From Balanoglossus misakiensis (taxonomy: Eukaryota; Animalia; Hemichordata), in the NCBI GenBank assembly GCA_040954595.2, contig CM082597.2, forward strand, positions 9,951,778 to 10,015,777: a stretch of DNA of 64,000 nt, read 5' to 3'. This document shows positions 25,201 through 40,200 of this stretch, one piece after another. Position numbers and translations under genes: made by a program. Below the pieces are notes generated by a model that was not told the origin of the DNA, did no database searches, and saw nothing but the letters and a program-made list of their open reading frames with translations. Each line of letters starts with the position of its first letter. Within the stretch, counting starts at the first letter, position 1.

Positions 25201-28200
25201 TAATGCCCCTTCATGCCTATCGTAATCCCGGGATCGTAATTTCTTCATGATATGACAGTCCCACTGATCTGACAACACGCTCGTTTTTATTATTATTATG
25301 CCGTTTTGTCCCGTTCGCTAGCCCTGCGTGCTCCCGACGTTCCTGGACTATCCCGTTCGCCAAATTTACTAAACTGCAAGTTGCAGAATCGGTTTGCGTC
25401 TGGGGCGAAAAGGCCGGGATCGTGTAAATTAAAGGCCGAACCGAGAAGATTAAGTGCCGTAACGATTTGTTACTGACTTGTTTCCGAGTGGTACGGCTAA
25501 GACTAGAGCTCAGTGTGGCAGGGCCGCTGGTGTGTCTCACGTCGACGTCTCCACACACTGTACTGCTATTTCTGAGCGGACTCAGGCGACCTTGTTCGCT
25601 ATATATAGCCCTGATATATAGCTAGGTCTAACGCAGGGCCATGAGTGATTTTGGTATTTTGTAAGATACTTGATCACGATTCTTAGAATATTGCGTAGAC
25701 AAAATAATTTGCGCCTGTTTGTATCTGTTAACTCGAGCAGCGTACACTGAATGGCCGTGTGCCAAACATGTTGTCTATGGGAGTCGCAGAAATACTACCT
25801 ACTTTCGGGCGTGGAGTTCAACACGGTCATGTGGGGTTTTAGAAAGAGGCGCTTAGAGGCGCTTTCATATATTTAAACTGTTATGATGAAGAAAAACTCA
25901 AATATGCTTTTTAAATGGATATCGCCCCGACCGTTTTCATGCAATAATGCCCAAAACACAGCTAATTAACTTTTTTAAGGTCCTACTATAAGATTGGGTT
26001 TGTCAATTTCAACTCTCCGTAAAATAAACACAGATGTAGTATCATACGGAAAAAAATGTCTGGTGTTTCACACATAATGTAACTTTCTAAATTTGTGATC
26101 GTGTTTTATTTCTATGATCACATTCTGTTCAAAAACATGGTTTTTCAAGCCTTTACTGTCGACAAGAGGCGCATATGAGTGAGCCAAAATGCCGCACTCT
26201 GATTGGTCAATTTAGTAGCCACTAGAGGGCAGCGTTCGTGAGTCGCCCCCCTTGTTCCTAACTTAAGACATGCTTTCGACTGGGGGAGTTAATTGGATTA
26301 ACCGAATAAACATCCAATAAAACATTTCAGCAAACCATAATGAGCATCATAACAATAGAGGACAGGGAGTTTCCCTGACAGTCTTTCTTGAGGGACTGTG
26401 TTTCAACCCTTGTCTCTCTTTGTTATGCACAACGGCCACTCCCAATTACTCCCAAATAAACTACCGTACAAACACAAGTTAATCCAAATCCCTGGCCTTT
26501 CCGCACCGGGGTTTAATGCAAGGAAAGCCGCAGCCATCTTGAATCTCGCTCGCATTACATGCATGTGCATGAGACGATCTGGAGCCTTTTAAGGATGTAC
26601 GTTCAGTAAAATTGAAAGTATTGTCATTTTTTTTAATTGTGGATTTTTGGATTCTCCTTTGTATGTATAATTAAAATCCGTAATAAAATATAGGGGTCAC
26701 CGCGCTTGTTTATGAAATACAGAGCTATAAATTTAGTCGATAATAGAAGAAATCTGCTGACTCAGCATTTTTCACCAATGGTTTGTCCATGGGCAAAAGT
26801 TTTAACGCAATTTATCTCAAAATAGAGCGCGGTGACCCCTATATTTTATTTGACCAATGAATTTATATTTGCTGGACTATGTGTAAAATTTCGTGAAAAT
26901 GACAATAGTAGAAGTTTGTTTTCTGGCGATTATCAATGTAATCCTATGGAGAAAAAACGGGGTGCGCAGTGTTTCCGGTTTATGTTCTGCGCGTACATCC
27001 ATAAAGTCTACATCAGGTCATGGCTTCCTGGTAGTAATTGTACACAAACAAGCAAATCAATTTTTTAAATTCTGCCTCAGTTTTCAACAAGAGAAGCCCA
27101 AAATATGAGGTAAATGCCTACCTAAATAGAGTTTATGGGTTCACTCTGTAGAAATACAAAAGTTTGGTATATTTTGAATGAATCTGTCAGACAAATCATT
27201 TTTAATTTAGGAAAGAATGGTAGCTGAGCATCTTTGCATAGACGTGCTGTGAATGAATAAATTTCCATATTTGGCACATTTTCTGGGAACTGGTTTTGTG
27301 GACACTTTTCATAATTGTGATGTTTCCAATTAATCACATCTATGCCAGAACTTTTGAGTTTGTAGACTGAAGACAAAGCTCTTCAAATAAACTCTGTAAT
27401 GAGAGAGCCTTTTTTTCAAGAGGGCAAGGATAGTGATTTGAGTTTACAAAAGTTTGACTTTTGACCTATGCTGTTCACAGAATTATTTTTGTCCAAGAAG
27501 AACTTCAGATATCAAGTGAATTGCATACATGCATGATCAACCTGTGTTTGATCTAACCATGCATAAATTATCTCTACCTGTTATATTGCGTGTCCTGCAC
27601 CAGTAGTCACAAGTGTAGAGTGCATGAAGTTCTGTTGTTATGAATTGCAAACATGATGTTGATAAATGACATATACACACAAGATATCAATAGTCTTTTG
27701 AAAAATGGTGATATGCAGAAATTTGTGAGTGTCTACCTTCCCCTTCAAAAAAGCCCCATAAGAGCACCTCTTCACTGTAAAGGGTTTGTAGTTACCATAT
27801 GATGTTTTTTTTTTACAGAATACAGATGATGATGTTATGAATGAAAAAAATGACAAAGCTGCTGATAGCAAGGGAAAAGATGGAGAGGAAAAAGAAGAAG
27901 AAAGCAATCAAGAGATCGTAGATGATAAAGATATAATGGAGGAAGATGCTGAAAAGAAAGCAAATGTGAATGGTGAAAGAAAAGATGAAATGGTTGAGGA
28001 AACGCAGAAAACAGAGGAAACAAAAGAGAACATGCAAGAGTCTGAGGTACAGTTTCTGTCAACAGTGTAACATTCCAATTATTCTACTTTGAGGACAGTT
28101 TTGCTTTGTTTTCTCCCTACTTTCAGTAAACAATATTACTAACCACCCAAGCTTCTATTTGACACCATGTAATCAATCCTCCTGTCAATCTTCCTGCTAA

Positions 28201-31200
28201 ATTATTCAAATGTAGCATCTTTATTTACAATACACCACAAGACAGCATGTCATACATTTTGGTACACCACTTCTGCATACCCTTAAACCCCGGTGCGGAA
28301 AGGCCGGGGCTTCGGATTAAAGGGACAAAGTCTCTCTCTCGCTGCCCTTTTTTCCATTAATTATATTTGATACAAGACACCGTTTGTTATTCTACATGTG
28401 GATATATAGTGAATCAACGTTCAACCACACACAACTTCCATCCCTCTTATAGACAGGAGAGTGAAAAAACTCGCCAAAATGAATAATCGTTCTTTACCAT
28501 TTATTCATTTTGGGCGAGTTTTTACTCTCATATCATACAAGTGGGATGGAAGTTGTGTGTGGTTTTAGGTTGATTCACTATATATCCACATGTACATTAA
28601 CATAAACGGTGTCTTGTATCAAACATAATTAATGGAAAAAGGCCAGCGAGAGAGAGACTTTGTCCCTTTAACGTGTGTTTGTATAGTTGTTTATTTGGGA
28701 GTGGTCGTCGTCCCTAACGACTGTATAACTAACGGTCGGAAGCGTTGGTAGTTTATCTGCGTAATCCGTTTGACCAGGTGGGCTAATCGCAATACTTCTC
28801 TGAAAGTCGTGGAACTTGAGCTATGGTTAGTTTTTAGCAGTTTACTGTTCAGCGACGAAGTGCGATCAGCAGTGCGCAATCCACGTTCTTTTCTGGCGGG
28901 TTGTCGGTAAAGTCCTCCTAAGCGATTGCAATAAACTCAGCCTGGCCAGACACCGGTTTGACGAGCTGTAAAATCCAGTGAACAGAGTAAAACTTGAAGT
29001 ATTGGCAGATTTTAAATTTTCCAGATACTAATAAATAGGCTAGCAGAATCGTTGTCCATTGTCGAATGGTATTGTAATGTCAGAACAATGGACCAAATGT
29101 GAGTCGGTGTGTGTTAGATTGCTCGATAGGTCCCCAATCACGATTGCACTCAAACACGTGACTGGTTTCGATACTCCCTAGTCAGGTCAGCAATGATTCG
29201 CTGAAACTAAAATACAATTTTTCCAAACTGACGTAAATCAATTTCCCGTAATCGTTGCCCTTCTTGTGTCCCCGACGGTGTGGTGCGAGTTTGCGCCTTG
29301 AAGTTCAACGAATGATCTCACGACCAGCAACTGAGAGTCATTACGATTCGCCACTGATTCGGGGGGCCTTTTATACCCCGCACCGGGGTTTAACCCATAC
29401 CTACCTTTACTGTAATTCTGTGTAGAGCCCAGGTGCCTGAACATGTGAAATTTGAAATATGGATATCTTGATTGCACTAAAAAACCATGCAAAATATTTA
29501 AACTGAGTATGTGCTTGTTAATACATATTCAATGCTTCTTTCCCAGGTTCAAAAGTTTAATACACAAATTTTGCCAGGTTATTTAGCAATAACCCCCGCC
29601 ATAGGCGGGTATACACGAGATTTGGGTACAATTCGAGACATATAGCACAAGCCGTTAGGCGAGTGCTATAGACAGGCAGTATCGGGCTAATAGACAGGCA
29701 GTATCGGGCGAGTACTAGACGAAACTTTACCCGAAACTAAAAGAGTTATTCTCGCCTGGGCCAGCGACCCTACCCCAGCGCCCGGCAACGATACACAATT
29801 CCAATTGTTGGACTCGATTAAGAAAGAAAACGACCAATTGGCCCTAGAATTAGAACTTGAAGAGGCAATGGCGCGCAACTCGAAGCTCAAACAGCAAATC
29901 AAAGACCGAAAACCAGGTACATCCTCAACAATCAGTTCTCTCAAGAAGGATAAAGCAGTATTATCCGCAGTAAAGAAAGAAAAGAAGAAATTGGGCATAG
30001 ATTCCTCGTCGCTCAGCTCATCAGATTCGGACACAGAATCCAGCGAACCAGATGGCACATTCAAGGACACAAAACCCAGAGGTAGGCCACTGGAATACAC
30101 CCCCTTCAGATTAAAATCAAAAAAGAAAAAGCCCAAATCCGGTGTATCAAGGAAAGCAGCAGATCAGGTGTTATAAATGGTTCCTTGGTATTCACTTTGA
30201 AAGCTGCCGCCGGTATCATTGATGAACTCGACTACTCCAAATTATCGCTGACTGCACTCGTTAGAGGTGAACTGGCTATTATTTTCCACGAAGAACCAGC
30301 CAGCCACAAGCAGCCCAGAGCAGACCACCTTATCGATCTTATGTACTTAGCTGATATTTATGCTTGGCCAAGACATCAGGCAGCGCGTATCACTGTGAAG
30401 TACTTCAAGCTATAGAGAGAGGGCGATTCACATGGAGCTCAGATTTTTCCCGTTTGCAAACAAGGATTGGTAAAGCCACAGCCCAGTCCCACACAAAGAA
30501 AGACACGGCCAGATATTGCGCGGATTACCAAACTGGAAAATTTAAGCAGCTCAAAGACCATCAAAATCAGCATGGGGAGACAGAACACCATATTTGCCGT
30601 CCTTGTCTGTACATCCGCAAGGTACAGGTAAAACACCCTGCCAACTCCTCCCCTCACAGACCCCAGCAAGACAAAGACTGACTAAGCATCGATAAACACC
30701 TTTTTGTCTCTCCCAGTCTTCCCTCAGCTCACTACTCTTTTCCCATTTTCTTCCCTAGCATATTTTTCTGCATTACGTGTACTGCTCCGTTTACTGTTGA
30801 CAAGTTGTTTGTTCAATAAAGCACTGCCTTAGCTGCCAAACACATCTTTGCGTTTGTCGTTGTAATTTTATAAAAAGCGTTCACAATACTTATAATGCAC
30901 AGTCTCTACTCATCAATAAGGCTGAAAACCCCATATCTCTAAACCATATGTCAAAATTGGCAGGATCATTTATACAAACACTTTAAAAGATAACTTACAA
31001 AGGAGTTCTCCAATTTTTCTTGTAAAGTATAGCTTTCTTGGCTTGTTCTGATAAAGTTTGTACAGCCTTAAACTAAACCAAACATAAATACAATACCCAG
31101 ATATCTGTAATAAGATACAACCTTCACTTGTTCTCTTCCAGCGAACCACCATTTTTTCTGTTTTCTTAATTATACCACCATTTCTAAAACAATAATATTT

Positions 31201-34200
31201 GTTTTGGACAAATTTACTTTCATTTTAAATTTTTCAGTAAATAAATTGAGTGTGTTTAGCAGCCTCTGCAAACCAACTACAGTGTCTGCAAACATCGTAA
31301 TATGATCAGTATACAGTAAAGGAAAACATCTTTCAATTCCTGTGTTATTTGGTTGCCATTGTGACCTGCATGTTCAACCATAGATTGCAGTTCATTTATA
31401 AATCAAAACGGGCTAAGGATAAGGATACAACCTTGACGCCTACCCAGAGGACAGTCAGAACATTCTATTATATGTTGTCTCACACTGAGACAGCATTTGA
31501 CATCTTTGTATATACTTTTAAGAATTGTGAACATTTTGCCCTGAACACAATTCTGTAGAAGTGACATAAATAAAAGTGTATGATTAACAGTATCAAATGC
31601 CTTTTTATAGCAAAGGCAACAAAAACAATAAAAGCCCATGTAGTCAAGCTCTCATTCAGAATTGTTGTGAAAATTTTACAAAAATAACTCAGAAGTGTGA
31701 TACCTATACATGTATACCAGTAGGAGCTTATGGGATCAGTGAGTATATGTATGTGTGTGTGTGTTATTCCAAAATGGCGAGTGTGTTTCAGCCAATCATA
31801 AAAACGACATAATACATGAGGTGTAATAATCTGTAATATTGTATTTTTACGACAATCTTTGGTAGAAAAAAATCTTCCAAAGTCATCTTCAAAAATGCGT
31901 GTATCTAGCTGTTTTGAAATTTGGTGTTGAAATTGGAAGAATTTTACATTACTATATATTTACGGCATCAAAAATGTGCCTTTTAACTCTGCTGTCAAGT
32001 TTGTCCAAGCCTCAAGAGAATTGTGCCATTTAATTCTGAAGCAGTTATCTTGTTTATGATGCAAAGTATCACAGATGAGCTGTATCAGCTGCTAGGATGC
32101 TTGTTAGTTCATTTAGGCCCAACCCCTTGGGTGTAATTTGGGGCGCCCTCTATGTAGTGGGGCTTCCCGCCTTCCGCAGAGAAGTTGCTACATTTGTAGG
32201 GCTTCCGCCATCTTGCAGAGTTACTGGAGCAGTCGCTCGCTCAACACAACTTCTCCCGAAATCTGTCTTTTTCGACACTACATCATCACAATATGTCCGA
32301 TCACTCAGATAACGAAACTCTCACACAGTCCGACAGGCGGACTCCGAACTGCTCTGGCTGCAAGCAAGCAGTAAAAGGGCATCGCGCTCTTGGATTGCAG
32401 GCAGGCCCAAACTGCACAGGCGTGCCCCAACCACAAGGCACAGATGGAAGCGCCATTCCCACCCCATCCGTCGTTGTCGAACAGACTGTCGACTCATCCC
32501 AGTTCGAAGACCTACAAGCCAGACAGGCCGAACTGTTACAGGAAAAGCAATTCCTACTGCAGAAACGAGAGCAGCGTGTATTACAGACCTGCATCTCAGA
32601 ACTAGAACACGAAGTCGCCACCCTCCGAGGGCAGGATGCCACCACAAGTCCCATGCAACCGCCTCCATCGATCCCTTTATCGTCGGGCAACGGCGGTCCA
32701 CCAACACTGGACACCCCTCGTCGAAACCCAGCGGCCAATCAAGCAGTCGTCGCACAACTCTCTCATATCGTGAATTCCGCATGGCCGACGTCCATCGGAC
32801 AGTCTACTCGTGCTGAATGGCCGATCGCCCATATGTCACAAGGTAAGCCAGGAAAGCATCCTCGTGACACTCAAGCCCCCAGCTCCGCAGACGAATCCAA
32901 AGTGAAACGGCCACATTTGCGCCTACCTCGCAAAACATTCGACAACTTAACCATCCCACAACTGGTCAAAGGAGAATTAGAAATAATCAACTCCGTCTAC
33001 CTGCCCATCTCGTCTGAGGAACGCGCTCCCAGATTACTGCATCTCCAGAACTTAATGAGACTCGCTCATAAGCACGATTGGATAGACGTACTGAATTTCC
33101 ACGGTACCATCTTAGAAAAGATACAAAGCGCAGAACTACGTTGGCAAGACTGCTTCGACCGTTATGAAAAAGAACTTCTCTCACCCGACACCCTGACATC
33201 GGCCAAACAGGGCACTGATACCGACCAGACACAGGCCGCCAAGAAGAGCGACATTTGTAACAAGTACAACTACCAGACATGCGCATGGGGCGACAGGTGT
33301 TTTAGACGTCACATCTGCCATCGTTGTTTCAAAATTAACAACACAGCCACACCTCACCGCGGCAAAGATTGCCCACTCGCCACCAGCAAGAAGAATGACA
33401 CCCCCAAATAGTAATACACCTATTTCGGATTAAACTTCAGTCGTTGGGTTGCATCCCACGTTCACAGAGACTACATTGTGTTCTCTCTCTTCCTCACAGA
33501 ACATTCCGTACACTTCTGCATCGGAAGAATTTTCTAGCGCTCGGTTACCGTCCAACGCTAATATTCGGGCTCCCTGGTCCCATACACCACGCCCTTCATG
33601 TATCTCAGGCCATACAGCCGCATCCTCTGACATTGTGTCTCACACAGCGAACGATGACCCACCGTTCTCGTCCACTTCAAACATTGTAACAATTCCTCCG
33701 ATTCTGCTTCGCCTCTGACATCGCGGTATTTTATCATTCCGTGGAGCACTTCCCCCTCTTCGGAATTTTCTTCAAACGTGCCCAAGAAGGTCTCTACATG
33801 CTGTCGCCTCGTCATGGACCTCAACTTTCCAGAACTCATCATTCCGTTGAGCACTTCCCCCTCTTCGGAACTTTCTTCAAACTGTGCCCAAGAAGGTCTC
33901 TACACGCCGTCGCGTCGTCATGGACCTCAGCTTTCCAGTACTCTTCTGTCAATCTCCGGCCATACAGCCGTATCATCACAACATCCTGTCCACTTCTACT
34001 ACACGGATTTTCATAGCCTCCGTCACCGTCTAACGTTAACATTCGGCTCCCTGGTCACTTGCATCAAAGAATACTCCGCCCATACAGCCGCATCACCAGA
34101 CATTTCGTCCTATGTAACAGTACCTCAGCATCTCTTCAGATGATGCGTATCGATTCATCGCACTGCAGTTCCGGCCGAACTCCAGCTGGACCCCTTACAA

Positions 34201-37200
34201 CTAGACCATTCCCCATTGGGATTGTGGTCCCCTCCTCAACTCTACCAAAGGACTCTATCCGCCGACGTGTCGTCATGATCTCAGCTTTTCAGGACGCTTC
34301 CTCGCGAAGGCAGCTCACCCGATGTTCCCGAAAGTTTTCACGTAAAATTGTCGTACGCATCTCATTTCTCATTAATTATTCAGGACGAGGACACGGTTGA
34401 TTGTTATACACAGAGTTTTACCCCGACCGCCTCAAAACTTTTCCTTGACCCCACAGATTACAGTCTTCTGGGTTTTTCACAGCATCATTTGTTCGTTTGT
34501 TTTTTCAACAGTCAATGTCACTTATTCAGGTCGCTCACGAGACCTCCACATGCTTTAATATTTGTGAGAGCCAGGGATAGTACCTGCACTCATTAGTTTG
34601 GACCTCAAGTCGCACATTTTCAGGGTCAAGATCACCATATCCGCTTACCTGAACATTTTAACAGATGGCATATCTCACACCGTCACAGTTTTTCCTTTCT
34701 TGAGCTCACTTATAGTTTTCATGTGACAGAAGTGACAGTGTCAGTCACCTCTCTCACCAATTTTCATTCTGAGCTGTGCAGGTTCACCACGCACCTAACC
34801 TTTACTGCGTAGGAATGTATTCGTAGTTAAGACTCCCTTTCTAATTTCAGGTTCGTTCACCATGGCTTACTCTTCATTAACAAACAGCAGTTTTGTACGT
34901 TTCGCATTGGCCACAGGGACAGTTCCTCTTTGTTCGGTCATTTTCTCGGCTTCAAGCCAACAACGGCCGCAACACATGTTTTTTCAATGTTTTTTATCTC
35001 TTCTCTCGTTCACTCAGTACAGTTTACTCGCCGAAATTTTTCTGCAGTGTTAGGCATCTTTATTGCAAGTTACTCGACCGTTGTATTTTTTTAAGGGCTG
35101 ATGGGAACTCCCTGAATGCTTCCCCCCCCCCTCTGGCTTGGCGGCTTGGTGCTGGTTTTGTCAAACTCTTTCATTTGCATATTAAAGATTTTGCCAAGTT
35201 TTCGCCAATCCTCGAGTGTGTTGCATTCTGTTCCTTCCCATCAGCCCACTCGCTTTCATACATTTCCACAGTTTGAGTATCTCATGTGTATTTGCATGCG
35301 ACAGCAATTTACTCACTACACATGGGTTTTCCTGTACTATTCCTATATCAGTGGAGTTCCAGAGAGGGCAGCCACTAATTTTAGTATTTAAGGCAAACGC
35401 CCAGTTTATTCACAATTCAATGTACAGTTGTACAAAACAATATATGTCATTGTTGTGAATTTTTAGTTGGTTATGAGCTTCCTACACCTGTAATACTAGG
35501 TGTCAATGCCCATTCCAGAAAAGTTTAACTGAAAGAAACCAATCCCCTGACTTTTTTTAATGTGCACTTTATTAATGTAATTAATGAACATATATAGTCA
35601 AGCACAAATATGCTGTCACATGGCATCTTATGTAAGTCATGTGATTATCTTTTATAATTTATTCTCTTTCATTAGGTAAAAGATGACAAGAAAAATGCAA
35701 GTGAGAAAACAGCAGAGAAGAAGGAAGACAAAAAAATGCAAAAGCCAGTGACTATAAGAGAAGATATTCAAGTTGAAATTGTTGTTTTGGATTTAGAAGA
35801 CCCATCCAAAGAAATTACTAAGAAGTCTAAAGCAAAGTAAGTACACATTTGAGAAGCCACCAGTAGTTAGATCACTGGTCTATCACTTTGTGCTCATTTA
35901 TGTTACAGTCAGTTTTTCTGTTGGCACTGGCCATGGTGGGCCTTCATAGTGAACTTCATGCTCTGCCTGTGGCATCTGCTCACATTTGTTGGTCAGCCGA
36001 CTGTGTCACATTACTCACTGACCCCAAGTTCTTGGTGAAAAACAGAGTTGTTTGGTTGCGCTCTGATAAAGAACTAGAGACAGAAGGGGAAAACAGATGT
36101 CTGTTTATCGCCAGCAGATATGACTATATCTACAGCCATTATCTCCCATTTGCTTATTTGAGAAGCCATTAGCTGTGATAGATTGTCAACCCATGAAGTA
36201 AGGGCACTGGCTGCTTCATGGTCACTTTTTTCAGTGTCTCCCATTTCAAATTTGTTGTCAGCAGTCCAATATAAATCTCAGAATACTTTCATTTCGGCCT
36301 ATCTACCTAATATGGCAATGGAAGCAGGCGGCATGTTCTCTTCTTTGTAGCTCAGGCAGTAGCACACTAGTCGGCTGAAAATATGGTTTGACCCAAAAAA
36401 TCGTGCTTCATTTTGAGATATCTGTTTGAGATATTTTCAGCATAGGAAAACTGTAGCATGAGGGGCGCCAGAAAAATGCTGACTCAGCATTGTTCACAAA
36501 GTTGTAGACCATCTTTTTGAAAAAAGTTGCATAGGAACACCCAATTTTTCTCTATAATTGTATTAAAAAGTCATTGATATACAATATATTTCAAAAACAA
36601 TAAAATTAGAATATACTAAAATATGGAAAATTACGTATGCGTCAGCCATCTTGGGTAAAACCTTAAAAATTACACATTTCCGGCCATCGGATTTTGGTAG
36701 ACTTTTTATATGTTATTAAGGAGATTCAATACTACAGAAAACAGTTAAGGCCCTTTCATTTCATAAGTGCAGCCGCCTACACAGTAAGTAGCCCTCCAAG
36801 ATTATTTTTAGGTCTCATTGGTATGTACCAATGGGACCTTATGGGATCGGTTGCGTCTGTATGTATGGATGGATGTATGTCTGTATGGCTGTCAACATCA
36901 AAAACTTGAAAACCGCAGCACGTATGACCTCGATATTTGGTGTGTAGATGCAGGCAGGGCTGTAAATAGGAGTTTGTTCAAATGAAGTTGTCATTGCCAA
37001 AAATATGCAAATTAGCTGGGAAATTGGTCAAAACACAAAAACTCGACAACCACTGGTCATATTGATTTGAAAATTGGTATGCATGTACCTTATGTCAACC
37101 TCATACAGTCCTGTATGTTTTAAGCAAATATTATCGATTTCCTATTTTGTATGTATTTTTTTAATTTTTCCGTGTTATTGGTAAAAAGTCTTCATTTCTG

Positions 37201-40200
37201 AAAGTGATGGGCTTACTTCTTTGAAATTTAGTATGAAGCTTCCTAATGGTTGTCTGAGTAACCATAGTTTTGTTCAAATTGTTGCAAAATTTGCATATTT
37301 ATAATTTTGAGCAATATTTGCCATTTTTGGTCAAAAATTTTTTTCTTTAAAACCGCATGCCAGATTGCTTTGCAATTTGGTAGGCATGTTCGTAGGGGTA
37401 ACCTAAGTAATATGTTGTAAAAATATAGCTGCAAGCAGCGATGACGGGCCCAAGCTTAAGCCGAAGGTCAAAGGTCATATGTGGTCACCCAAAATTTGGG
37501 CAAAATTTTTTGATCCCATACTGGTCCATGTCCCACAAGAACAAAACCTTTAGCCCGGAATTAGGTATGCGCATAATGAATGAGTTAAGCAGGTGTTACA
37601 GGTGAGCCCAAAATTGTGCCTTTTATTTTGGTCCCATTCTGCTCACGGGCCAATAGACTGTCACTGTACAGGACCATTGCACTGACGTGGACATAGCGTC
37701 ATAGCTTAACTATAGAAAGTATAGGCTTATGGCTTGGTCCAAAATATGAAAAATAATATTTAATAGTCTTCTTCTCAAAATAGACTTGGCCCACGGCCTT
37801 GATATTTGGCATGTAGGACACTGACCACATGGTCCGCAAAAGTTGCTAAAAGAATTTTGATAACTCCATTCATATGCAAATTAGGCCCATTTGAAAAATT
37901 TGCCCATATATGGTCATCAAGTCACATGACTTATTAAACATTCACGAAGGTACTGCACCAGCTCCCATAGGCCTGCACCACTGTGCCAAGTTTGAGATTT
38001 GTAGGTTCAGCCGTTTTCAAGATCCTATTGGCTGAAAAAACTACACAAGAAAAAAAAGAAGAATTAAAGCTGCAAGCAGCGTTGAAGGGGCCCAAGCATA
38101 GTGTGAATAACCATTAGACTCCATTCAGTGTTGTACAATTCAAATGCGTAGGCTGTATTTGCTCTCGATGTTGAGATATTGGGAAGTAGGCAACCACCCG
38201 AAATGCATGTCCTACAAGTACAAACACAACAACCAAAGGTGAACTTCTACGTTGTAAGTACTTCAGTAAGTACATCAAAGGTCAGCTGAGGTACCCAAAA
38301 TTGGGACAAAAATTAGGATTCTCTTTTGGTTCATATTCAAGACAACGGAAAATCCCCGCCCTTTGGGTTTGTCAAATTAGATATGGCCATAATAATGAGT
38401 TACGCAAGTAAGTTACAGGTGGCCCCAGGAATTTAGCATTTCATGACACAGAGGGTCCTACCCTACCCCTCCAAACACCTGGCTATATATGATGTGCATG
38501 CTAACATATGGAAAGCAGGTCAATGGACACCTGACGTCACCCAAAAATTTGACAATAAATTGTCATTCCTGTTTATGTCATGTGCAACAAATCATGCATC
38601 CTGCAGCCCTTCCACTTTGCCTACCATTAGGTATACATGTAATACATGAATCAAGCAGGTGTCACAGGTATCCCCTTGTATTTGGCATTTCATGATAATT
38701 TCATCCCTCCAAATACCAAAGCTGCACCTGTACAACGTGCTGAGATGTGGCACTGTACGACAGAGGTCATCCAAATCACCTTATACGTTTGGGCAAAAAT
38801 CAACTGACACACATTCGTCCCTGTGGAACAAAAACCACACATATCGCCCCGTTGGTTAGTGTAAAATTAAATGTACAAAATCAATGACTTTGGCAGGTGC
38901 AACAGGTGACCCCGCCTTTGGTATACCATTATGGTCCTATCCGTATATCCCCCCACTCCAAACCTGCATGCATCTGCTTTTATTCACTAAGCAAAAGCAG
39001 GTGAAATGTCACATAAGGTCGCCCACAACTTGACAGGAAAATCGGACTTCATATTGATCCATGTGCAACAAAAATCACGCTAGCATCCCTTTCATTGACC
39101 CCACAATTACGCATGCACATAATTGAGTTACGCAGGTGACCCCCGAAACGGGCGTATTATTTTGGTCCCATACAGCTGCATGAACCTACGTGCCATTACG
39201 GGCGACCTGATAACCCCCACGGCCACCTGCGAGCCGACCCCCATACTGAACATCCAGTTGCAATGTCTTGACTGAAGTAGGAACTTTTGAACGGCAACGA
39301 AGCCTGATCTCTGATTATTGCTGGTACCATACTCCCTTCGTGCAAGAAAATCACTGGTCTGCTTACGTATTCGGCCGATTTCCCGAACTAATACCCACTA
39401 CATGTGACTACCATGCTAATGAAACCTGACTCGCCCATTAGCGACTGAGGGTCAAAGTCCACTGCCGCAATGTTAACCAGTGTAGCCGGGTCTGGATAGA
39501 AACATTTGAACGGCAACAGCTAACAAACTCAGCGTACTTCAATAAAACGCCCTAACACAGACTGAACTCTGATAATGTGTTGTCCCAAAATTCATTCCGT
39601 GGAAAATAATCACTGGTCTGTTTACGTATTTCAGCTGATTTTCCAACGAAGTGTGTACCCTGCTAATGAGACCTCCGCAGGATTACGTAATGACAGTGAA
39701 AGTCCGATACCCAAGTGTTCGTCCTCAGCCCACCAAAAAATGCGAAAAATATTACAAAAATCTTCTTCTCAAAATCGACTTGGCCTAGGACCTTGAAATT
39801 TGGCACAGGCGATTTTGGCCACATAGTCTACAAAAATCGCGAAAAGAATGTACATGCCCCCATTAACGTGCACATTAGGTCAATTTGAAAATTTCGCTCG
39901 ATTACAGACACAAAGTCACGTGACTAATTACAAATTCAAAGGGCAGGTGCACTAGTACTCATGGGCCCCAACCACCGTGCAAAATTTGGTAGGCGCAGCT
40001 GCCGGAATTTCAGAGAAAAACGGGCGCAAAAAAACGACTCAAGAAGAAAGAAGAAAAACTCCAGCAATAACAGAAGGGGACCAAGCGCCTGAGGGCGCTT
40101 GGTCCCCTAAAAACCCCAGTAATACCAATAGGGCACAAGCGCCTTGATGTTTGTCAAAAATGCCATAGGAATTTAAAGGAACTTAAGTCGAATTGTTGAA

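Noticed and set aside
35671-35681. AG|GT junctions at several exon starts as recursive splice sites
   Set aside because: GT is a common exon start, these positions encode Val or conserved residues, and the introns are too short to need recursive splicing.
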